A stretch of DNA of 60,706 nt, filler included, from Bipalium vagum (Eukaryota), in assembly GCA_037834085.1 (NCBI GenBank). It is 3 parts of 3 records of this genome, joined end to end, with 100 filler letters (N's around TTAATTAATTAA, not from the genome) between each part and the next. Parts side by side here need not be neighbours in the genome. Positions count along the whole stretch, not along the records: positions 20,104 to 41,982 come from JBBMKC010230298.1; positions 42,083 to 60,706 come from JBBMKC010023990.1; 1 more part is not named here. One strand, written 5' to 3'. Positions 41,177-53,636 of the stretch are shown piece after piece (position 1 is the stretch's first letter; each line of letters starts with the position of its first letter). The notes under the pieces were generated by a model. That model was not told the origin of the DNA. It was given only the letters and a program-made list of their open reading frames with translations, and did not search any database. A program made the position numbers and the translations under genes.

Positions 41177-41898
41177 CAATAATTATACTTTTAGTGGGTC
41201 TAATTTTATGATATAACGGAAACGTTATATTTTTAAAGTTGTGGCACAATTTGCTATTGAGATAAAATTATAAAAATATGCTGAAAAAATTAAAGATTTT
41301 CACATTAATTTTTAAAATAAAGCTTTTACAAATATTCTTTTATTGATTTTTTCGCTTTAAAATAAATTTTTAGTTAAATTGTTTTTAATTATTTTATACA
41401 TAAAATTAATAACTTTTAAAAAAATAAATTATCCTAATAATAATGTACAGTAAAAACTTTCTTAGCTAATATATTATTGTATATATTATCAAAATATAAA
41501 TTGAATAATAATATTAACAATAATTGAAAAATAACTCAAAACAAAATGTGACATTGATCCATAACCCTTGATGTTTATTTCCATTAATAAACCAAAATTT
41601 TAATGAATAAAGAGCAAGAGGAAATAGGTCGAATAAAACGAGACCGTTGTTCGATTATTTATTAAGCTTTACTAAACTTTCAATGGCCAAACGCTGCTGG
41701 TGATACCAAACATTTTATTACTTGAGCCTAATTTGCCCACTTTGGTAATGGGTTCATGTCAGCCATAAAATTCAATTATCTCCGGAAAAAGTATTATAAA
41801 TTTGCGGCCTTAAATGTCTAATAAACGTTGGGTTATTAAAAGTTTAATAAAATTAGTATTATCAATAAAAACAACAATAAACTAGTACTACTACTAAA

Positions 41899-41900
<2 letters not shown>

Positions 41901-41955
<55 letters not shown>

Positions 41956-41982
41956 TATAATAATTATAATAATAATAATAAT
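41901..41982. repeat. (AAT)n microsatellite at contig edge
   Basis: Imperfect trinucleotide run abutting the gap. Confidence 0.95.
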
Positions 41983-42082
41983 NNNNNNNNNNNNNNNNNN
42001 NNNNNNNNNNNNNNNNNNNNNNNNNNTTAATTAATTAANNNNNNNNNNNNNNNNNNNNNNNNNNNNNNNNNNNNNNNNNNNN
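41983..42082. other. Assembly gap with artificial six-frame stop linker
   Basis: N44-TTAATTAATTAA-N44. Confidence 0.98.
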
Positions 42083-42480
42083 AAATTATTTATTGAATTG
42101 AAATGGATTTTTAAAGTATAATCAATATTTGTTTTCAAATTTTTATAAGGTATTTTTAAAAGATTTCAATTAAGGCTAAATTCAGTAAGTTTTGTTTAAT
42201 TTCCATTATAAAACACTCTTAAAGGCTTGGATAGATATATTGATAATAAGCATAGCTATAATAATGTTATTGGATTGTTTAATGTGATAAATAATTTTAT
42301 TTAAATTTTATATATAAATTTTATATAACTTATTATATATTACTTATGTTTTATTAATACTGTGGTCATAAAATTTTATAATATTTATATTAATGTAAAT
42401 TTGTCTATATCATTTTTTGTTTTAAAACCACATGAATCGAATTCCCTCAGGTGCAATTAAACTTATGGACGGTAGTTTAC

Positions 42481-42511
<31 letters not shown>

Positions 42512-42799
42512 ATTATAAAATATTTATATTCAACTCTCGATAAGTTATTAAATTAGAAAAATAAAATAACAATTTCAGTTATTTCTGATTTTTATGATGA
42601 AAAATATTATATTTTGATAGGTGCGAACAGACTTTTGAGACAAACTGTAAAATCATTATTAGAAATCAAATACGAAGTGAAAGACAGTTTTGAATTTTTT
42701 AATTTTAAAAAAATAATTATGAAAAAATTCTGAAAAAAACCATATGGTATCATTTGACATTTGTAGCTTTTTTTTACAAATGTGCTTATTTCGGAAACA

Positions 42800-43360
42800 A
42801 TTGATCTTTGCTTTTCTCTTTGGAAGGATAGACATCATGGGCGAATTTATTATGAGGTAATTATTGGAATTTAATACGAAAGACATTTCATTTTTGTTCA
42901 ATAGCGAATGGTACACGCAAAGAGACGGATTTCCCGTGGGATCAGGTTTAGGACCAACATTGGCCTCGTTATTTATGGATAGCTTAGAAAAGAAAATAAA
43001 AGATTTTAAGGGAAATAGACCACTAATGTATAAATGGTATGTTAATGATGTATTCCTAATATTCAAAAAGAAAGAAATTGATCCTTTCCGAGAATACATA
43101 AGTAATCTTCATCCTTCTATAAAATTAACTATTGAAAATGAAAGTAAAAACAAATTTACATTCCTAAACGTTTTAATAATAAAGGAAAACCTAAGTAATA
43201 GATTGAAAACATCAGTATACAGAAAAAACATACCATCTTATGCACATCAAATGACAGCTACAATGAGGAAAAATATAAAAATGGTCTAATGAAAGGATAA
43301 ATATATCAGGTTTGGTCATTAACCTCTGATCAACACAGAATTCAGTGAACTTCAGAGAAG
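42800..43360 (+). mobile_element. Penelope-like element reverse transcriptase fragment (inactive)
   Basis: FLFNSEWYTQRDGFPVGSGLGPTLASLFM...WYVNDVF...LHPSIKLTIE...FLNVLI...TSVYRK; catalytic YVDD altered to YVND. Confidence 0.93.
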
Positions 43361-46300
43361 GTTAAAAATAATTTTTATCCAAATTTTAAAATCAGAAAAA
43401 ATTGCAAAAAATAGAAATTATAAAACACTTTAATAAATAAAATAAAGTTGAAATATAAATTAGTAAAAAATTGTAATTAATAAAAACAATAAAAATCTTG
43501 CTTCATTTTATCTGAAATTTTAACGATAATAAACTTTTTAGTCTTAGAAAATTAAAAATTAAATAATTAATGATTAAAATTTTCAAACTCAAGTAATATC
43601 AACTCTTAAATATTATAGAAATGGTAAATTTGATAATATTCATTTTATTCAAAACCAATTGAAATAATAAATGAAAATGAAATAAACTGAAAAGTGAATT
43701 TAATATTTTTAAGTTAAATAAATATATGAAAAAAAAGAATTTTCAGAATCTGGGTGGAATTTTAAATATATACTAGCGATTCAAATAGATTTAAATTCCT
43801 AAAAGTCTTTAATAGGATCATCATATATAAAATTACCATTTAAATCAACTTATATTTTGAATGTTAAGTCCTAGAAAATGAAATAAAAATTAATAAATTG
43901 GGTTAAGAATATCGATTCGGAACTTTAGATAACTTAACGACATGTCTATTGATCAGAAGGATTTATGGAGTGTAGTTCGAAAATAATAAGGAAAAACTAT
44001 TAAATGTTACACAATATAAAATTAAAAATGAGAACAAATCGAATAATTTTAAATACTTTTATTGACATAAATATAGCAAATCAAATAATTAAACCTGTAA
44101 GAGTTAAAAGAATCCTTTCACATTTACCTTGTAAGTTGTTGAAAGACCCTAAGACAATTTAACAGCCCTAATCACTGTGTAAATTGTAAAAAAAGAGATT
44201 ATAAGATTATAAGAAATAGAAGAATAATCCTAGTTGCAAGAGGCTAGTGATTATTGGGAAATGATAAAGATTTTAAATGACTCTTGCGTAATTTGAATAC
44301 AAATTACCAAGATTTATAATAATGAATTAAATAATAAACACAATTATAATTACCTAGCACCTACTTGGTATATATTTTGTATCTGGCAATATCTGTTTTT
44401 GATTTAATGCTGCTTCTTAAATACTAATTTTTCTGAAAATGAGTATCTATGGCTTGTCTGTGAGTGTATGGATTGATTATATTGTCCTCATATTTTTTGT
44501 TCTAATATATTTTACGTGGCCTTTAATTTTTCTATGTGCCTTTTGTCAGTCATAATCTAACATTACATTTCTTTTAAAATTAAGGTCATTCTATTTTTAA
44601 AAATATTGTTTCCATTTTAAGTTTATCTAATTTTTTATTTTAATTTCTAATTATAGAAAGTTGAACTTTCTATTTTTAAATTATATGTATTGTTAAGTTC
44701 CTAGTAGAGTTAAAAGTGTGGAGCTAAAAAAATTATTATTTGGACTTAACGGCGAAGACTATATTAATGAACGAATAAAATCAAATTCAAATTTTCAAAA
44801 TTCTATTTTTAATAAAAATATGGATTTTTATAAAAATTGGTGATGATAGACCTTGATGGATATTTTATTTTCGGGTTAGAAAAATTCTCTCACTCTTAAG
44901 CTCAGAAGTTCTCAATGAAGAAAAACAATTTAACTCATCGCCCTACTTAGCGTGTGAGTTAACAAAAAATAAAACGGAAACTAAAAAAATTTTTATCCTG
45001 AAGTCCTGACTTTATTATAATTTAAAGATAACCTTTGTAAAGTTTATTTATTTGTGACTGTTTATTTATATTAAAACTTTATTTTATTTTTAAAACAAGT
45101 TATATTGCTAGAAAGCAACTTAATATTATTGAGTTAATTATTTTATATTTAATCGAATAAAATTAATATGAATTCGATGGAAACTTTGTCTTAATATTTT
45201 AATATATTTATAAAACAAAATTTATAATGGGCATAAAAAATAAATGTTCAGGTGATTTGATCTCTGTAGTGGCAAACTGGAATTTAATATTCCTTTAATT
45301 AAGAGTTCGGAGCAATGGGCACATAAACAAGTTTCTAGGGTTTTGATCTCCGAAGTGGCAAACTTTAACGTCTTTATATGAATGAATTGGAGTTGAAAAC
45401 TTTTTAATTTCCTTTCTCTAATAAAAATTGCCTTTGTTTTTTGTGATCTGTATGTTTCAACGCTGTCTTTTATACTGTGGAACGTCAATTTGGCGTAGCT
45501 TCTGATAATTTGGTTTGGGTGATTTTTATCTTAGTTATATTATTCTGATTTCAATATTTATTTGAATAGATTTATTGATTTTGAATTCGTCTTATTTGAT
45601 TTATTGAGACATTTTACAGTAGAGAACTATTTTTTGTGTTAGCACATTCATTACACACTAGTTCATATAAGTTTTTTTTATCCGCTTATGATTACGGATA
45701 AGGTTGAGGTTGGGTTTCATTAATTTTCAAATATTTTTTATTAAATTAATTAATATGATAAATCCCCTTATTGCATCAACATGAAATTTTAAAAATTGCA
45801 ATTTTTCTGCTGTTTTAAGCTACTACTGCGAAACAGGGCCATTTCTATATTTACTGCAGTCAGCTGCATAAATGAAATGAATGTATCAAACTAAAGAAAT
45901 CATCATTGACCAACAGAAAACGAATAGTTTATCAGTATGACAATTACAAAGGGTGAAAAGTTATAAATTAAATATATTTTTTATAGAAGGCAGTGCTAAA
46001 TACATAATAAAACAGAACAAATAGATGATTTTTATTAAACTTTAATAATAGGACTTGAGTTCTATGAACCACGTATGGTAATAATAATAATTTAAGAAGT
46101 AAATCACAGATTTTTAGTACTGGAATTTTTTATTTACTTCAATTGGAGAAATAGAATCTTCAATATAAAATATTAATATTTGAATATTAAAACAAATTTA
46201 GTCTAATTAATAAATTTAGTTCTTACAATTTAATCAGTAGATAAATAATAAATAAAAGTGAGCTAACCAACCAGAGTAAATATTACAAAAACATTTAATA

Positions 46301-46429
46301 TTCAAAACAAAATAATTAATAACAAAAACGACGAAATAATTTTCAGAACAATGTTAAATTTAAGAAATGCTATTTGAAAGAAGTATTGATTGAAAACCAG
46401 AATAATATTAAGTAGAACTGTTTATTGAC

Positions 46430-46720
46430 ATGGTTAACATGGCTTAGTCTAGAAATTACTTCCGCAAATGAGATTTATTTGGAACAAAATGGGCAATTTT
46501 GATTTTCTGTATTATTTAAAGGTTATCTATTATAATAAAGTTATACCATGATGTAGAAATCTTCATTCTTGAATCGGCAAAACCATTCTTTGAATGTCTT
46601 ATTGGAAAGAACATATTTGTCGTAAACTTCTACGAACAAATGTTGTTTCTGCAAAGAATTTACTTCTACAGCATTATTTCCTGCAAATAACGTTAATTTG
46701 GAAAAATTGGCCATTTTGAA
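46430..46720 (-). mobile_element. Mariner N-terminal fragment
   Basis: VEVYDKYVLSNKTFKEWFCRFKNEDF. Confidence 0.75.
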
Positions 46721-48199
46721 TTACTGTATTATTTAAACAACATCTATTTAAATAACGTTGAATTATTAATATTTTTTTTAAAAAATAATATTTACCAATT
46801 TAATTTATTCGTTGAACCACAAAATTACTTATTTTTTTAAAAGCCGGAATCATACTAGTACACATAATAAATATAATAAATAATATTGATAATTACAGAT
46901 AAACTAAATAAATTAATCGGTTTTGGTAATTTTATTGGTTTTATCGATAAGATTTTAGTTAACTCAAATTGATTGTTTACTGTTGAAATGAAAGCTTGAT
47001 GTCCAGAAATTAATAAATTGTTGAAGCAGAAATCATTATATATTCAAAGACATTCGATAAATTAGCTACATTCACAGATTGTGAATCTATGAAACAAAAA
47101 ACTAATATTGGAGCAAAAACAATTAGTTTAAAAAAATCTTAAGTGAAAGTAGAGACACTAATCCATAATCCAAGAGTAAAGGATAAAACTGGAGCTCATA
47201 AAATTGATAATAAGCAATTGATTTAATAGATAAGTCCTCTGTTGATATTGACAGTAGTTACTGAACTTGGAACACCAGAACAAATTTGAGTAAATTAGAC
47301 TTAAGATTTATTTATATTCATATTAGACATTTAAAATTCTTGACTCTAACTATATAGAATAAATGTACATTCTTCTTATGCTAAAATGTGCTTAGAAAAC
47401 CGCACATACAAAAGATAATCAGTTTCACCCTAGAATCAATTTCAATCATTTTCAGTTTTTTTAGTTTAATTATTTAAATATTTAAAAATCTAGCTTGTCT
47501 GAATCATTTTAACGATTTCATAATAATCGTGAACTAATAAGGTAATTAATTTTTTTCTCACAATAAAAACCACGGTGATTTTCAGCAATTTCATATTAAA
47601 AACTAGTAGCTTTATTATTTTTGATAGTTCGTAACTTAATTTTATGCTCATTTAAATGATTTCTTCTTAATCGTGATCTCTTGGATGTAGTTTCGTGTCA
47701 CTTATCTTTCGATCAAGTACACTCCCCATTGATCCGCATTTGTGGTTCCTCTCTAACAGTAATATTAGTTTTTCGTATTACTTTATAAATTATACAGAGA
47801 ATATACTTGGGAGCTTAACATAAAATTAATAAAACATAACGAAGGTTATTTATTTTTCTTTAAAATTAATATTATTAATGACAATATTATTTTTGATTAT
47901 TCAAAAATCCTTGTAATGCTATCGATTTGATCACCACTTATATCATACAGATAAAATCGTCAACACAACAAATTTTTCGGTCAGAAAATACATTAATGAT
48001 TATTACAGACCTTAAACTTATCACACAATATATTATCTGTCCTGAGCACTTTCCATTTCCAAAACCCTTAGAAAATCAGAGTCCAGTAATCGATCAATTG
48101 ATTTTTTCAGGAAAAATTAAACAAGGTATTTTATATTTTGGGTATATATGAGGGAGAACTCAAAGACAAATGGAATATTAGAAAAATTACATCTAATAT

Positions 48200-48205
48200 T
48201 TTATT
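48200..48205 (-). promoter_or_regulatory. Candidate polyadenylation signal (AATAAA) of the RERE-like gene
   Basis: TTTATT on + strand ~370 nt past the stop; weak evidence in such AT-rich DNA. Confidence 0.25.
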
Positions 48206-48572
48206 TTCATACTCCAACTGACAGAACTTACCAAATCAGACAATATTATATATTTATATATTTACGGTTTGTGTGTGTGATTTCATGGAAACCGTTATTG
48301 TGCATGATGATTTAGCAGAGACGAGTTTCATTGCCACCAAACACTGCAAGTATAGACCAGAGAAAAGTAAATTCATAAATAATAAAGAGAGCGCGAGAGA
48401 CCGATCACAACGATATGAATGACCGATAAAATCAAAAAAGCTAATTGGTAATAAACAATAAGAAAACCAGAGCGAGTTGAGAGAGAGATAGAAAAGGATA
48501 ATCATAATAAAATCATTATTAATACAAATGAACAAATGATCAATCGAGTAATAATAATACTACCACTTTCGG

Positions 48573-51500
48573 TTATCTCGGCGGATTTCTGTTGATGCCG
48601 CCCAGCTGATGATACAGTTGATAGACATCACTCAAATTCATTCGGGGACCATTAGGGGGATAATTATTCGAAGCAGGGGGTTTTGCGGAACATGCGGCCT
48701 GATTTTGCATTTGCAGCAAAATCGATTGTGTCACTCCCAAATGGGGATTGGTGAGATTTGGGAAATTAGCACCTGTGACCGTTCCGGCCAAATTGTTCAA
48801 AGCTGCTACGTGAGCTGACGGCGGAGTCGGCTGCTGCTGTTGGTGATGCATTGTGTTTGATGACTTTTGTTGACTGTTGAGCATGTGCAGAAGTGCAGCG
48901 TTCTGATTCAGGTGGCCCTCTGTCATCATCCGAATCAGATTGTCCATCATTTCCGGGTTCTCTGCCAACACATCCTGTACAACATACATTAAAATTAAAA
49001 TCAATACCACGGTAGGTCAAGCACTACTCGATCAATATACACACGTACTCGTTTAAATCGATTCATAAATAATCTTCACCATAGAGAACTATCGTTCAAT
49101 GTTCGAATATAATCAATTCAGAAAATCACTTACATTTTGTCGTTGGAAATCGTTGCTAATATGATTCACTGAAGCCCGTCCAGATCCGGGTTTTTCATTG
49201 GTCTGACTGTTTGGATTACTACTACTGGCTACCGAGTTCTGTTGGGTCATGCCTCCAAGATTAGAGAGATTCAGACCGCCAGTTGCAGAGCGTGGTCTGT
49301 TCAAGGTATTGGCAGCATTTTGCTGCTGTGATTGGTTTAAAGCGCGCATTATAGTCGATATATCAACAGAAGGATGCATAGATCCAGGAGGTAAATTGTT
49401 AGGCCAAACATCATTTGTCAAACCTAAGAAAATCGTTATCGTAAACAAATATATCCATATATTGACATTATGAAGGCAAACCAAATCTGTCCCGCTGATC
49501 CCGTTGATCCCACAGTCCCCTGTTCAATAGATTGTTACCCAAACCCATGTTTCCACCATATAGGTATTTGTGCAGCTCTTGTTTTTGCATTTCCTCATAA
49601 CTTTCTGAATACAGATGTAACATAAAATAATCGATATCTTTCAGGTATAAGATTAGGTGCAATTCTGCGTTTACATAAATAAGAAGATTTTAAAATCACT
49701 AAACAGTAATTAGTTGTGGAAAAAGCACAACTGAAATTATAATTAACTTAATTAATTATAATCGGTAAGTAAAAATCACGATGCTTTAAAAAAATTTCAT
49801 GATCATCAAAAAATTTCTAACAGACAAAGAATCTATTTTTTGAATCGTTCAAGGAAGAATTTGCTCCATGTGTAACGGATTTTTATGTAAAAAGTGTTTA
49901 GATCCGAAAACCATTCTACTTCTCGATAATTCCGACGACGGAAATATCCAATTTTTATTTTTCCCACTAAACCTTACTTCTATCATGCATGCCATTGGAT
50001 CAATAAATTATCAAGTCCTTCTAAAACAGTTATATTTAAAAACTTAATTAATTTAGATGTAATACCATGGAATGATACACATCTCAAATTGAAATCAATT
50101 AATCTGAAGAATGTTCTATATATGATCACAGAAGCTTTGTCGAACATCAAAGCTGATGTAATTAAAAGTTTGTTTAAGGTATTATTTGATAAGAGTTAAA
50201 TTCCTATCACTTTTATATATGACGATGATGATGTCCACAGACTTTTTAATTTCTAAACTCCGGAACTAATAAACACAGATCTTTACCGCGGTGTTGTTGT
50301 AAGTGTCACAATAACAAACAAAATAATGGGATGGGCTATTGAAGAAGGTGAAACATCAAAAACATTAGCAGACACTGGAATTAGAGAAAGTGAGGATTGT
50401 GAAGATGTTGATCTTAACCGAAACTTTAAACAGTGATGAACAAATCCACCAAATTATGTTCAGATTTTGATGCTGTTGTCGATTTGGTTGAGGCTTCCTG
50501 ATCATTACAAGATGTTTTCCCATTGAGAAGAATAAGAGAAAAGGTAAATATGCGAAGTCTTTCTTAATTAAATCTTAGAATGGATTTTTATTACTTTTCT
50601 AGTATAATTTCATAAAAACAACGAAATTCGATAATGGCCACAATAATTATTTCATGAAATGTTGCAATTATCGAATTATCACTGTACATAATAAATGAAA
50701 TCAATAAAAATTTTAAAAACCAAAAAATTATAATTATTATTATGAACTTACCGAATCCCACAAAAAATAAATATTTTAAATCATTACATAATATATGTCA
50801 ACAAATAAAACATACGAGCCATTGCTTGATATATGAGAAGGTCATTGGCCACTTTGTTCATGTTAACATAGTCAACTGAAATAAAAAAATTGGTATCAGC
50901 GGAAGTTACAAATATTGTTCATCTTACTGAGAAGAGAATTGTTTCCCACAGATGGCATGTTATGGTTCATAAGTACAGGGGGTCGTATATTGTTGAAAGA
51001 GTTCGCAGAACTGTTCAATAATGGACTGTTATGTAAGTGACTTGTGCGGATAATATTTGAATTTCCCGTCGAATAAGAAGCTTGGGAGCGATTTCCAGCT
51101 GGCGAGGGTGATCGTATAGTGTGACTGGGATTGGAGTTTATTTTTCTGGAATGGGCAGGAGAAGGAATTGAAGATTGATTCACCGAACTTGTTGATATAT
51201 TCAAATGTGAGTGGGTCAAAGGTGGAGTGGTCATATGCTTTGCAACTGCTTGGAGGTGTAATTTTTCCATAGGAGGAGGCATAGAATTTACTCCGGAACG
51301 AACTGATTCCTGTGACTGGGCATTCAAATTTACCTGCAATTAGATGGACAAAATCAATACAAATAATTGCTAATAAATTTAATTACAACTGGTGTTGGAT
51401 CATTCTGTTTAGCTATCGTAATGTACTTATGTCTCTGTTCAATGTCGTCCGGTCGCAGTCCAGATGTCGTATGTTGCAGATCAGTACGAGCGCAACTAAA

Positions 51501-53564
51501 ACCTTCCGTTAACTTAACCGTTCTGATAATATGTCCAAAGCATGAGCTATGGACAATCCTAAATCGGTTTTAGATATTAACGGAAATTGGTTATGATAAT
51601 AAAAAAAATTTAAATAATAATAAAATGATCAATAAAATTAAATGTCGAATCCATTTAGGTTTATTAAAACTTTAGAAAAGAAATCTAAATTATCAATTAT
51701 ATTATTATCAACAACAAGACAATCAAGCGGAATCGATTATTTACTGTGTGAAATTTATGGTTAAAATGAATTATTTTTTGTTATTGATAAAAACAAAGCA
51801 GAAAATTTCGGAAGATGTTCGATTTTAGTATTTATTATAAAAAAAACAACAACTAAAACTGGAATAAATTTATCTTGTTTGTTAATATATCGATTTTCAT
51901 GTACAGAAGGTATATCTTTAACTTTTAAAAATTGTACTTCAACTTCATTTAACTGTCAATGATAAAGTGTCAACCTCAAATCGACTTTTTATTAAAAGTG
52001 CTTTTTCAGGTAATTTTACGTTTTTTTTTAAAAAATAAAACGATTATCTTTTCAAATAACAAAAATCGATTTCAGGATATTGAGTAATTTAAATCAAAGT
52101 TTCGCTAAATTGTAAAATCAAAATCATAATAACGAACTCGTTCCCATTAATAACTTGTTTGGGTGCCTCATTCAATGACGAGTCGGAAGTCGACGTATCT
52201 CCTCTGTAATGAACCAGTTTGCTGGGACTGTCGTGGGGTGGAGCCCAATTGTGCTCATTGTAAGCATTTTCAGCTCGTTTCTTTGGTTTCACCAAGTTGA
52301 GACCAATCTCTTCTGGATTGTTTTCGATTCGCTGCTGATTGGCGATAGAATTGAAATTAACCATTTTATTCGTGTCATTGGTTGATATTGATACAGGGAC
52401 AGTGGTGGCACTTTGCTGCAAAAATTTGTAATGTTTTAATAAAATTATTATAAATAATATTTTTGTTTATTTTCGGTACCAAACACACACACAAACATGC
52501 ACCCACCCACCTTAGAACCACTTGTGACAGATTCGGGAGTGATACTGGTGGACGACAATGTTGCTGAAGTTGTAACGGGTACCACTGAGTTACGTAATGA
52601 TAACTGTTTATAAAGAGGTTCAGAAAGTGTAATGTTCAAATCGGGCACCGATGAAGAAAGGCTGGATGATAGATCGGTACTAATGTTCTGCATCATTTGT
52701 GGCATTGGTTCGCCGATATTTGTAACTGCACAGACGCCCGGTAAATTAGGAACTGCCGTTATCATCTGATTATAACTGCTGTCAACTGATTCTTTGTTGG
52801 TCGAGTCTGTTTCTGAAAAAATGGCAAATAATCAATTCGATAACACATATTGTTATACTGGATTCTTTGGCTGTATCGATTTTCGGTACTGCTGGAAATT
52901 TAACAGTTGAAGATCCGGCCTTTTTCGCTAATCCTACACCACTCTCATCTTCATCGGATGATGAAGAATCGTTCGAACTGCTTGACGACGATGAGCTGGA
53001 CGAGTTTGAATCGTAATGACTAGAAGGCACATCATTTTGCCCAATAATTGATGAGTTTTTCTGTTTCAATTTCTTGCCGAAATCCATGAAGTTTGAGTGT
53101 GACATAGTCGATTTCAACGAATCGTGGATCTGTTTACTCACATTGGATCGCAACAATGAACTCCGGTTTGTCAAACCTGAACTCTTTGTCGTTATGACTT
53201 CTTCCGGTGTTTCCACTTTACGTTTCTTGGATTTATCATTGCTCATCTTTCCTTTCAAAATACTGTTGCGTTTCATGGACTTCATTTGTGAATCTGAAAC
53301 TATATTTGGTTTTGATGTTGATTTTAAGTGCTGATTGGATGAATTTGTGGAACTGATAACGTTATTATTACTCCCGGAGCTGGGGTTACTCGTAGTAACA
53401 GCAGGGTACGAAAAATTTCCACTTTTTGAATTAAATGACTTCCCAGGATATCCAGCAACGGCTTTGTTGGCGAATAAATTAGACCCGTTACTCTGTACTT
53501 TGTAGTTCGATTGCTTTGAATCCTATAAATAGATATTAAAATCGAAAAAAATCATTAATTATTA

Positions 53565-53636
<72 letters not shown>

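Noticed and set aside
42659-43099. 146-aa minus-strand ORF
   Set aside because: Antisense shadow of the Penelope RT fragment.
45222-45600. 88-aa minus-strand ORF, possibly a LINE remnant
   Set aside because: No diagnostic RT or endonuclease motif could be confirmed.
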